This document shows, piece after piece, positions 8,321 to 16,426 of a DNA stretch of 64,000 bases. How positions within the stretch are numbered: the stretch's first letter is position 1; every line of letters begins with the position of its first letter. The position numbers and the translations under genes were made by a program. A model generated the notes under the pieces. The model saw nothing but the letters and a program-made list of their open reading frames with translations, had not been told where the DNA came from and did no database searches. Source of the DNA: Anaerolineae bacterium. Its GTDB lineage: Bacteria > Chloroflexota > Anaerolineae > DRVO01. The stretch spans positions 3,395 to 67,394 of the forward strand of contig JBMNTK010000002.1 in NCBI GenBank assembly GCA_050945695.1. The letters are read 5' to 3'.

Positions 8321-9709
8321 TCAGCTCTCCGGTCCCCACCACTCCGTGCGGGGCAGGAGCCGCTGGCCGTCACTGAAGCCGTCCCCGCGTTCCGCCAGGA
8401 CCTGTACCAGCCGCTGGCGCCACTGAGCCACTTCATCGGGCCGCTCCGCCGCCAGGTTACGGAGCTCCTGCCGGTCGGCCTCTAGGTCGAAGAACTGCTC
8501 CTCGTTCGTGGCCGGGAACCAGATGTACTTGCGCCTGCCGTCGGTCAGGTAGTGCATCCCCGGCTCCAGGGCGTAGCAGGGAGAGTGTTCACCGTGTAGG
8601 AACTCCCGCCAGGGCTCCCCGCGCGCGGCTGCCAGGACGCTTCGGCCCGTCATTCCGGATGGCGGCTCCACTCCGGCCACCTCCAGGATGGTGGGCATGA
8701 CATCCTGCAGGCCCACCACACGGTCGCAGATGCCCTTGGGCCCCTCGTAGCCCTGGGGATAGCCGATGACGAAGGGCACCCGCGCCGAGCCCTCATAGGC
8801 GTAGGTCTTGCGGTGAAGGTGATGGTCGCCCAGCATGTCGCCGTGGTCGGATGTATAGACGAAGAGCGTATCCTGGGCGAGGCGGTTTCGACGCAGTTCC
8901 TCCAGCATGTAGCCGAACTGGAAGTCCACGTGGGTGATCAGGCCCATGTAGCCGATGCGTGCCCTTCGGGTCTGCTCTGGGGTGAGCCGGCCGTACCAAG
9001 CCGTCACTGGCAGCCCGGGCCCGGCCACGTCGTACCGCTTGGCCCAGTCTCCCACCGGCACCGGGGGCTGCTCTCGGTCGGCGTACATGTCCCAGAGGGC
9101 CTGGGGCGGGTCGTAGGGCGAGTGGGGGGCGTGGTGAGAGATCCACAGGAAGAAGGGCCGGGTGGGGTCGCGGCGCCGGATCATGTCCATGGCCACATCA
9201 GAAATCCAGCTGGTGCGGTGGTAGAGCTCGTCCAGGTGCCAGGGGCGGGCCGTCCACCCGTTGGCGTCCACCCCGTGGGAGCGCTCGTGGGCCCAGGGGC
9301 CGAGGCGGGCCTTGAGCCACTCGCGATGGTCCAGTTCGCCCGGGGACACTTCGTGGAAGCCGTAGAGCTTGCGCGCCGGGTGCAGGTTCCGAAAGCCCAC
9401 GTTGAAGCAGTGGTAGCCGTTCTGGGCCAGCACCTGGGCCAGGGTGTTGGGCTCTTGCCATTCGGTGGCAGAGTAGCCGACCAGGCCGCAGTGGTAGCTG
9501 CCCTTGCCGGAGAGCATGACCCGCCGGGCTCCCGTCGTGGATGGGATCTCGGTGTAGGCGTTGGGGAAGTAGAGCCCGTTCTGGATCAGGCTATCGAGGT
9601 TCGGGGTCTCCACGAGCGGGTGCCCGGCCAGGCCGAGGAAGTCGCCTCGCTGCTGATCGGTGGTGAACAGAATGATGTTGGGCCTTGTGGTAGTCATAGG
9701 ATGGGTCAT
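8321..9709 (-). CDS. Sulfatase-family (alkaline-phosphatase superfamily) protein lacking the C/S-x-P-x-R formylglycine motif
   Basis: N-terminal 'PNIILFTTDQQRGD...TPNLDSL' matches the sulfatase fold. Nucleophile segment reads 'IPSTTGARRVMLSG' (TxGxR) instead of CxPxR. Confidence 0.7.
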   Translation of the reverse strand: MTHPMTTTRPNIILFTTDQQRGDFLGLAGHPLVETPNLDSLIQNGLYFPNAYTEIPSTTGARRVMLSGKGSYHCGLVGYSATEWQEPNTLAQVLAQNGYHCFNVGFRNLHPARKLYGFHEVSPGELDHREWLKARLGPWAHERSHGVDANGWTARPWHLDELYHRTSWISDVAMDMIRRRDPTRPFFLWISHHAPHSPYDPPQALWDMYADREQPPVPVGDWAKRYDVAGPGLPVTAWYGRLTPEQTRRARIGYMGLITHVDFQFGYMLEELRRNRLAQDTLFVYTSDHGDMLGDHHLHRKTYAYEGSARVPFVIGYPQGYEGPKGICDRVVGLQDVMPTILEVAGVEPPSGMTGRSVLAAARGEPWREFLHGEHSPCYALEPGMHYLTDGRRKYIWFPATNEEQFFDLEADRQELRNLAAERPDEVAQWRQRLVQVLAERGDGFSDGQRLLPRTEWWGPES

Positions 9710-9727
9710 CTCCTGGCGATCGGTCGT

Positions 9728-10522
9728 CTAGGACGCCCGCTTGGTGAGCAGGTCGAGCAGGTCGTCGGAGGTCACCACTACCGTGCGGCCGGATTGACCG
9801 TTCCCGGGCCGGTAGACGGTGACCATCTCATAGGGCGGCTCCAGCCAGAAGGGGCCGATCTCGTGCCGGCGCTCGATGCCCCGCCGGGCCGCCTCCTTGA
9901 TCCGGGCCCGGGCCACTTCGGGGCTAAGGTGAACGGCAGCGCCATTGAAGACTCGGGCCTCCTCCAGGGTGAGGCCGCTGGCGGAGCCTCGCTTGAGCCC
10001 CTCTTTCACCGCCGCCGTCTCGATGCCGGGCACCAGGGCCTTGGCCTCTTCGCAGACTGCTGCATCTCCGGTGACGGTGACCGTGGGCACGCCGAAGTAG
10101 GCGGCAAAGAGCATGTTCTTGCCCAGCTCGCCCACGCTGACCCCGTTGATGGTAAGGTTCTCGACGATGGAGGAGCCGGTGTGGCTGAGGTGGCCGCCGT
10201 CGGTGTTGGCCTTAGCGTGCTGGCTGATGTTCATGGCCACGTCGAACTCGCCTGAGCAGCCGAAGGGGTAGCCCAGGGGACGGCCGGCAAGCAGCCGTGC
10301 CGCCGGGTGGAGTAGGCGGATGTCAATGGTGCCCGATCCGTGGCCGTCCACGACCAGGATGTCGGTGGCCCCCGCCTCCAGGCAGCCCTCGATAGCGGCA
10401 TTGACCTCGGCGGTGACGAGTTCTCGGGCCACCTGGTAGTAGCGGCTGTCGGGGCCGCCGTAGTCGGCGTGGCTGATTACACCCGCCGCCCCTTCCTGAT
10501 CGGTCATCATGTAGACGCGCAT
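9728..10522 (-). CDS. Peptidase M55 D-aminopeptidase (DppA-like)
   Basis: 'MRVYMMTDQEGAAGV' matches the DppA N-terminal motif M+hY+s.D.EG..G. Chosen ATG at 10520-10522. Confidence 0.7.
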   Translation of the reverse strand: MRVYMMTDQEGAAGVISHADYGGPDSRYYQVARELVTAEVNAAIEGCLEAGATDILVVDGHGSGTIDIRLLHPAARLLAGRPLGYPFGCSGEFDVAMNISQHAKANTDGGHLSHTGSSIVENLTINGVSVGELGKNMLFAAYFGVPTVTVTGDAAVCEEAKALVPGIETAAVKEGLKRGSASGLTLEEARVFNGAAVHLSPEVARARIKEAARRGIERRHEIGPFWLEPPYEMVTVYRPGNGQSGRTVVVTSDDLLDLLTKRAS

Positions 10523-10535
10523 GGCCACCCCCTGA

Positions 10536-10620
10536 GACGTGATGCGTGACGAGTGACCCGTGACACGAGGTGCGTTGGATGCACCGGTCACGCATCACGC
10601 ATCACGGGTCACGCATACGG
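10536..10620. repeat. Heptamer-array palindrome (GYGTGAY x4 / RTCACRC x4-5 around a short hairpin core)
   Basis: Left arm cgtgat|gcgtgac|gagtgac|ccgtgac, right arm ggtcacg|catcacg|catcacg|ggtcacg|catacg. Central ggtgcgttggatgcacc hairpin. Confidence 0.7.
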
Positions 10621-10767
10621 CCAGCATAGCTGTAGCCGTACGGCTCATCAATGCCCGTTCCAGTGCGGGGGCGCCATTGTGGCCGTCAGCGCTGACGGAT
10701 ATAGTGGACTGACTTCGCTAGTGGGGAGATGGGTGCCCGCCAGGCCCGCAACCGGGGAGGACGCATC

Positions 10768-11556
10768 ATGACCGCGCAGGAACTGAACGCTTACCTCAAC
10801 TCGCTCGTCAGTGAGCTACCCGAGAAGTCGGTTGACCGGGTCATCTATGGCGATCCTGGCGCGGCCGTGAAGGGCATAGCGGTGGCCTGGATGCCCTACA
10901 GGCAGACGGTGGTCGCCGCTGCCCAGGCCGGGGCCAACGTCATGGTGGTACACGAGCCTACCTTCTACCAGCACTGGGACCTGGACGGCGAGCCGGCGGA
11001 TCAGGCTCAGGTGGAAGCCAAGAAGCGCCTGCTGGAGGAGCACGGCATCACCGTGATCCGCTGTCACGACGTGTGGGACGCCATGCCCGACATCGGCATC
11101 CCGTTCGCCTGGGGGGAGTTCCTGGGGCTGGGAGCGCCGGAGACCGCCGTTCGCCACTACAACATCTACCGGATCGCCCCCCGCCCGGCCGGGGAAGTGG
11201 CCGAGATGATCGCCGCCCGCACGTCCTCACTGGGCCAGAGCACGGTAGGGTTCTACGGGGACCCCGAGCGCCCGGTTGGCACTGTTGGCCTGGGCACCGG
11301 CTGTATCAGCGATCCCTTCACCATCTATGGGCTGGGGGCTGACCTGGCCATCTCGGTTGATGACGTGGTGCGATCCTGGATTGCAGGAGAGTGGTGCCAG
11401 GACACGGGCAAGCCCCTGGTGGTGGTCAACCACTGTGTGTCCGAGGAGCCAGGGATGGCCTCGCTGGCCCGCTTCCTGAGCGAGAAGCTGCCGGGCATCC
11501 CGGTGACCCACATCCGCCAGGGGCTCACCTACGCCGCTATCGGCGCGGCCGGGTAG
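10768..11556 (+). CDS. Nif3-like dinuclear metal centre protein (YqfO/GCH1-type 2 family)
   Basis: Motifs 'VVHEPTFY', 'RCHDVWD' and C-terminal 'NHCVSEEPGM' typical of NIF3. ATG at 10768 after GGAGGACGC. Confidence 0.7.
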   Translation: MTAQELNAYLNSLVSELPEKSVDRVIYGDPGAAVKGIAVAWMPYRQTVVAAAQAGANVMVVHEPTFYQHWDLDGEPADQAQVEAKKRLLEEHGITVIRCHDVWDAMPDIGIPFAWGEFLGLGAPETAVRHYNIYRIAPRPAGEVAEMIAARTSSLGQSTVGFYGDPERPVGTVGLGTGCISDPFTIYGLGADLAISVDDVVRSWIAGEWCQDTGKPLVVVNHCVSEEPGMASLARFLSEKLPGIPVTHIRQGLTYAAIGAAG

Positions 11557-11666
11557 GGCGGCTCAGGGCCGGGACGCGTCCAACCCGAGGATGCGCGCGG
11601 CATTCAGCTTCAGGCATCACCGAAGCAGACGTGGCGTCTCTGCCGTATCCGGTGAGCGCTCCCCTC

Positions 11667-13571
11667 TCACCTCACCCACACCGGGCTGGACCATGCCATC
11701 TGCCGGTCGGGCTGGCGCACCCGCACGTAGTAGTAGCTCACCGGCTCGGCGTTTCCCTCTCGCCCGCCGGTCGGGTCGCGGTCGTCCCACTCCAGTCGGT
11801 GCTCATACCCCCGGGCACTCTCCGAGTGGACGACGGAGCCGTTGCGGATGATGTCCACCTCGTAGTCGGGCACCGTCCCCACGACGTGAGCCGCCACCCG
11901 CACCTCATCGGCCTCAATCTCGCTGCCCATCGGTGCCCCGTTGACATCCACCCGCAGAAGGATGCGGGCCCCGGTGGTGGCATAGCAGCGCCGCTCGTAG
12001 AGGGCATCCCACAGTGCCTCTCGGGTGAGTGCGGTCACGTATACCCCCGCCAGCCCGCCCCCCTCGCCGAAGAAGTGCGGGGGACGACCAGGCTGGCCGA
12101 AGTGGGTGTCGGTACCGCCCACGAACCCCAGCCGATGACCCATCGCCAGCGCCGCTCGCACGCTGTGGGGACCTGAAGCCTCAGAGATGCCCCAGGCTGA
12201 GCATATCTCCACCAGGCGCTGGAACTTGTCGTTGCGGTAACTCCAGTCCGTGACTCCACAGAACTTGGGGTGGTGAGGGATGGTGATAGCCCGATACCCT
12301 TCTTCCTCCAGCTGTCGCCACACCTCATCCGGGGTGAGCCCAGCCTGACCGTAGATGTAGATGCCGCTATCTCCCCGGTAGTAGACGTTCTTGTGCCCGT
12401 AGCGCCCAAGTGCGCACTCAAACGACACCAGGGTGATGAACTCGCCTGGGGAGTAGTAGCGATTGCTCTTGGCCACGTCCTCGGGCCAAAGGGCATCGTG
12501 GGCCTCGTGGCGCTCCGTGTCCCAGTCCGGCACGTTGTCGAAGTCCATCCGGCCACCGTAATGATTAGCGGGAGCGCAGAAGTCCAGCCCCTGCACTTCC
12601 CTGGCCCAGATGTAGTACTCATCGAGGGTGCCGGTGCCGATGCTCACGTACATCTGGCCGTGAAGGTCGCCAAACACGATGCGCTCGTCGGGATCACAGA
12701 AGCCCACCCCGACCGGACTGCTGATCCCCGCCAGGGGCCACGTCCGATCGAAGGCGCGGATGAGGGCCACACCCGCCCCGCTCGCCTTGGCGCTGATCAG
12801 GGCCTGGGAGCCATCCTCCCGGGTCAAGTTGACGGCCTTCGGCAAGCCCGCCAGTGGCCCCGACGCCTCCAGCTCCACCCGTCCCTGATATCCTCGGGCC
12901 AGGTTGGCGTTGTACTGGTCTACTGCCTGCAGCCTCACCGCCACTTCCTCGCCCGGCTGAGCCGTGGCCGGGGCGAAGACTCGAAGACGGTCCGCCTGGG
13001 CCCCGGTGACGGTCACCGAAGGAGGGGGGACGACGGGCAGGTAGATGCCGTCTCCGCCCAGGTCCACCCCCATGGCCAGGGGCGACTCCTGGGCAAACCA
13101 AGGGCTGCGCAGCCGGGAACCGTCCTCCGTCCCGATGTAGATGCGCACTTGGTGGCCGGGAGGGACCTCGCCTTCGGTAAGCACCGCGTCTATCACCTGG
13201 AAGCGCGTACAGTCGGACACCCTGAGCTCGAACCGGGTTCCCGGGCCGGCTTCGACCCGGGTCCAGGCGGCGTAGCCGGGGTTGACGTCCCCCGCCGGCA
13301 CCAGGACCTGGCGCCCGCTGTGTAGGGGCCGGCCCAAGTGGGGGGTCCAGCCGGACGGTACCTCGATGGCGAGGTGACTGCCGGGGCGCAAGGGCTCCTC
13401 GCCGACCACGTACGTGACCACCCAGTGATGGCCGCTATACGCCTCGGCCTCCGACGGCTCGATGGAGGCCGAACCTGGCGCCGCTGGCGAGGTGCGCCAG
13501 AGGCTGTTCTGCACGTACCACTCGTTCATGGTCCAGGCGCGAGGCTGATGTTCCTCCGGTGCCACGCTCAT
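11667..13571 (-). CDS. DUF3604 family protein (putative metal-dependent phosphoesterase-like)
   Basis: 634 aa. 'FGDLHGQMYVS' and 'GGTDTHFGQPG' segments as in DUF3604/PHP-like proteins. Confidence 0.5.
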   Translation of the reverse strand: MSVAPEEHQPRAWTMNEWYVQNSLWRTSPAAPGSASIEPSEAEAYSGHHWVVTYVVGEEPLRPGSHLAIEVPSGWTPHLGRPLHSGRQVLVPAGDVNPGYAAWTRVEAGPGTRFELRVSDCTRFQVIDAVLTEGEVPPGHQVRIYIGTEDGSRLRSPWFAQESPLAMGVDLGGDGIYLPVVPPPSVTVTGAQADRLRVFAPATAQPGEEVAVRLQAVDQYNANLARGYQGRVELEASGPLAGLPKAVNLTREDGSQALISAKASGAGVALIRAFDRTWPLAGISSPVGVGFCDPDERIVFGDLHGQMYVSIGTGTLDEYYIWAREVQGLDFCAPANHYGGRMDFDNVPDWDTERHEAHDALWPEDVAKSNRYYSPGEFITLVSFECALGRYGHKNVYYRGDSGIYIYGQAGLTPDEVWRQLEEEGYRAITIPHHPKFCGVTDWSYRNDKFQRLVEICSAWGISEASGPHSVRAALAMGHRLGFVGGTDTHFGQPGRPPHFFGEGGGLAGVYVTALTREALWDALYERRCYATTGARILLRVDVNGAPMGSEIEADEVRVAAHVVGTVPDYEVDIIRNGSVVHSESARGYEHRLEWDDRDPTGGREGNAEPVSYYYVRVRQPDRQMAWSSPVWVR

Positions 13572-13717
13572 CCTCCCTGGCGGCGCCTATGGCTCGCAGA
13601 GTTGTACTGTCGTGCTCTTAATACTCTTGCCCTCGATCAGCGTCAATGGGCGGCGGATTGGGGGTTGCTGTGGTGACTTCGCCGGGGCCGAGGCCCCTGC
13701 TGCCTTGGCGGTCCCAA

Positions 13718-13772
13718 GCAGATGAGGAGTGCGCGCTACTAGGCGCACCAGTGTGCACCTAGTAGCACGCAC
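13718..13772. repeat. Long near-perfect palindrome (25-bp arms, 5-nt loop)
   Basis: gaggagtgcgcgctactaggcgcac-cagtg-gtgcacctagtagcacgcactcctc with 2 mismatches. Confidence 0.6.
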
Positions 13773-13916
13773 TCCTCAATGGTGCATGGCCGTGGGTCAC
13801 GTTTCACGCTTCACGCGTCACCTCTGCGCGCGGACTCCCCAATGGGCCACCCGAATCCCCCGATCCCCCTAGCCCCAAGCGAGACCGACCTGTAGAATGT
13901 CAACACTGGAGCGGAT

Positions 13917-15557
13917 GTGTCCAGGGCGGACACCCGTCCGTCTTTGCATCTGGTGAGCGCCATGAGTGCCGAGAGTCTTCCCGCCGAGGTCAGGCCCTGG
14001 ATCTGGCGTCCTAACCTGTTGGTCTTCCTCTCCAATGCCTGCGTGATGATCCTCGAGCTGGTGGCCGGTCGCATCATCGCCCCGTATGTAGGCGTCTCCC
14101 TCTACACCTGGACGAGTGTCATCGGGGTCATCCTGGCCGGCATCAGCTTGGGCAACTACCTGGGCGGCTGGCTGGCCGATCGCTGGGCCTCCCGGCGGCT
14201 TCTGGGCGGGGTGTACCTCCTGGGCGGCCTGTCCTCGTTCATCATCCTCACCGTGGACCTGATGGCTGATCGGTTGCCCTACCAGTGGTCCATCATCCTG
14301 CGGATCCTGGTCCTCACTGCCGCCCTCTTCTTCTTGCCCAGTGCCGTCCTAGGGTGCATCTCGCCCATCGTGGCCAAGCTTGCGGTACGGGATCTGGCCA
14401 GGACGGGGCGCACGGTGGGCATGATCTATGCCTCCGGCGCTGCTGGCAGCATCGTGGGCACCTTCGCTACCGGCTTCGTCCTCATCTCCTGGTTTGGCAC
14501 CTACGCCATCGTACTGGGGGTGGCGGTAGTGCTCATGAGCCTGGGCCTTGCCCTGTTGCTCGCCGGCCGGCCCCGGGTCCTGGCGGCGGCTTTCGTGGGC
14601 CCAGTAGCCCTGGCGGGGGTAGTGTGGTGGCCCACGCATGCCCTGTCTCCCTGCACCCTGGAGAGCGACTACTACTGCATCAAGGTCCGAGAGGAGAACC
14701 GCCACGGGGACATCGTGCGGGTGCTCGTCCTGGACCGGCTGGTGCACAGCTACTCTTCGCTCTCCAATCCCACCCGGCTGGTCTACGGGTACGAGCGGGT
14801 CTACGCCGACGCCACCCAATATCAGGCTCAGCGCCACCCTGACCTTAGCGCCCTGTTCATCGGGGGCGGTGGCTATACCTTCCCCCGCTACATGGAGCAC
14901 CTCTACCCTGGCAGCCGCCTGGACGTGATCGAGATAGATCCGGCTGTCACCCGAGTGGCCTACACCTACATGGGCCTGCCCGAGGACTCCACCATCCGGA
15001 GCTTCAACGAGGATGCTCGCATGTTCCTGGAACGGGAGCCCGACCACCGCTATCACCTGATCATGGGCGATGCCTTCAACGACTACTCGGTGCCCTATCA
15101 TCTGACCACACACGAGTTCAACCAGCGGGTGCGGGCCTGGCTGGATGACGACGGGTACTACCTGGTCAACGTCATTGATGGGGCGGGCGGGGGATTCCTT
15201 CGCTCCTACCTGCATACCCTTCGCCAGACCTTCGAGCACGTGTACGTGGTGCCTACCACCGAGGGCTGGCGCTGGTCGGTCCGCAGTACCTTTGTGCTGG
15301 TGGCGGGCCGCCGGCCCCTGGACCTGGAGGCCCTGCGGGCGGACGACACGCTCCTGGCTCACCGTGTCCTTAGCCCCGAGGAGGTGGAAGAGGTCCTTTC
15401 CGGTGGCCGAACCGTTACCCTAACCGACCGCTACGCGCCGGTGGATCAGCTTCTGTCGGCGGTAGTGCGCGATGAGTTGCCCGAGGGAGTGCAGCCTCCC
15501 GAGAGCACAGACAACCCGGCTGATGTGGCGTCTAGCCCGCCGATCGCCGGCTATTAG
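13917..15557 (+). CDS. Fused membrane-domain / spermidine-synthase-like (PABS fold) protein
   Basis: N-terminal ~220 aa has 6-7 TM segments. C-terminal half carries 'LFIGGGGYTF...VIEIDP...IMGDAF' class-I MTase/spermidine synthase motifs. Upstream has a TAGAAT -10-like box and GGAGCGG before the GTG. Confidence 0.7.
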   Translation: MSRADTRPSLHLVSAMSAESLPAEVRPWIWRPNLLVFLSNACVMILELVAGRIIAPYVGVSLYTWTSVIGVILAGISLGNYLGGWLADRWASRRLLGGVYLLGGLSSFIILTVDLMADRLPYQWSIILRILVLTAALFFLPSAVLGCISPIVAKLAVRDLARTGRTVGMIYASGAAGSIVGTFATGFVLISWFGTYAIVLGVAVVLMSLGLALLLAGRPRVLAAAFVGPVALAGVVWWPTHALSPCTLESDYYCIKVREENRHGDIVRVLVLDRLVHSYSSLSNPTRLVYGYERVYADATQYQAQRHPDLSALFIGGGGYTFPRYMEHLYPGSRLDVIEIDPAVTRVAYTYMGLPEDSTIRSFNEDARMFLEREPDHRYHLIMGDAFNDYSVPYHLTTHEFNQRVRAWLDDDGYYLVNVIDGAGGGFLRSYLHTLRQTFEHVYVVPTTEGWRWSVRSTFVLVAGRRPLDLEALRADDTLLAHRVLSPEEVEEVLSGGRTVTLTDRYAPVDQLLSAVVRDELPEGVQPPESTDNPADVASSPPIAGY

Positions 15558-15596
15558 CTATCCATCTGCGTTCCATCACTTGCGGAGGACCACACA

Positions 15597-16190
15597 GTGA
15601 GCGAGACCGATCCGCTCAAGACTTATCGAGAGAAGCGCGATTTCGCCCGCACCCCGGAGCCGGCGGGCGCGCCACGCCCCACTGAGGGCGCGCCCATCTT
15701 CGTTGTCCAGAAGCACGCCGCCTCCACCCTTCACTATGACTTCCGGCTCGAGGTGGGCGGTGTGCTCAAGTCCTGGGCCGTGCCCAAGGGGCCCTCGGCC
15801 AACCCCAAGGACAGGCGGTTGGCCGTGCCCACCGAAGATCACCCCATGGAGTATGCGGACTTCGAGGGCAACATCCCCAAGGGCGAGTATGGGGGCGGCG
15901 CTGTCATCGTGTGGGATACGGGCACCTACCGAAGCCTGGCCAGGGATGACGATGGCCAGCCCCTCAGCATGGAGGAGTCGCTCGATCGGGGGCGGGTGAC
16001 GGTCTGGCTGGAGGGACGGAAGCTGCGGGGCGGCTACGCCCTCATCCGGACCGGTAAGGGTGACGATGACCGGTGGCTGCTGATCAAGATGGACGACGAT
16101 GAGGCAGACCCGGGGGTCAACCTGGTTCGGGACCGGCCGGAGTCGGTCCTGAGTGGCCGGCGTGTGGAGGAAGTGGCGGCGGAGGCGTAG
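15597..16190 (+). CDS. Standalone DNA ligase D 3'-phosphoesterase (PE) domain protein
   Basis: 'FVVQKHAASTLHYDFRLEVGGVLKSWAVPKGPS' is the LigD_PE signature. GTG start after GGAGGACC. Confidence 0.75.
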   Translation: MSETDPLKTYREKRDFARTPEPAGAPRPTEGAPIFVVQKHAASTLHYDFRLEVGGVLKSWAVPKGPSANPKDRRLAVPTEDHPMEYADFEGNIPKGEYGGGAVIVWDTGTYRSLARDDDGQPLSMEESLDRGRVTVWLEGRKLRGGYALIRTGKGDDDRWLLIKMDDDEADPGVNLVRDRPESVLSGRRVEEVAAEA

Positions 16191-16200
16191 GGGCGGGACA

Positions 16201-16223
16201 CCCCTCCCCTCTCAGGGGAGGGG
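16201..16223. terminator. GC hairpin downstream of the LigD-PE gene
   Basis: cccctcccct-ctca-ggggagggg, a perfect 10-bp stem. Confidence 0.5.
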
Positions 16224-16426
16224 ACGGGGGAAGGGTTCTCCCTAGGGCCGCGGGCTGAACCCCCCGGCTACCTATGCGAAGCCGGCCCTTCGGCCGGCTG
16301 GGTATGAGCCCGCCGCAGGCACAGGAGGCACAGGTAGGTGTAGGGGCGGACGACCCTGACCGACCCTTTGGGGCAGGCGCGGTGGCCTGCCCCTACAGGA
16401 ATCCGCGCAGGTGGTGCCTGCCCCCG

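Noticed and set aside
8813-10255. 480-aa ORF on the + strand
   Set aside because: Antisense to the sulfatase-family and D-aminopeptidase genes. Composition is Gly/Val/Ala/Pro-rich and typical of GC-rich antisense frames, with no domain features.
12270-13325. 351-aa ORF on the + strand inside the DUF3604 gene
   Set aside because: Antisense overlap with a well-supported long CDS. No RBS or domain.
14349-15362. 337-aa ORF on the - strand
   Set aside because: Antisense to the fused spermidine-synthase-like gene. His/Gly/Pro-rich artefact.
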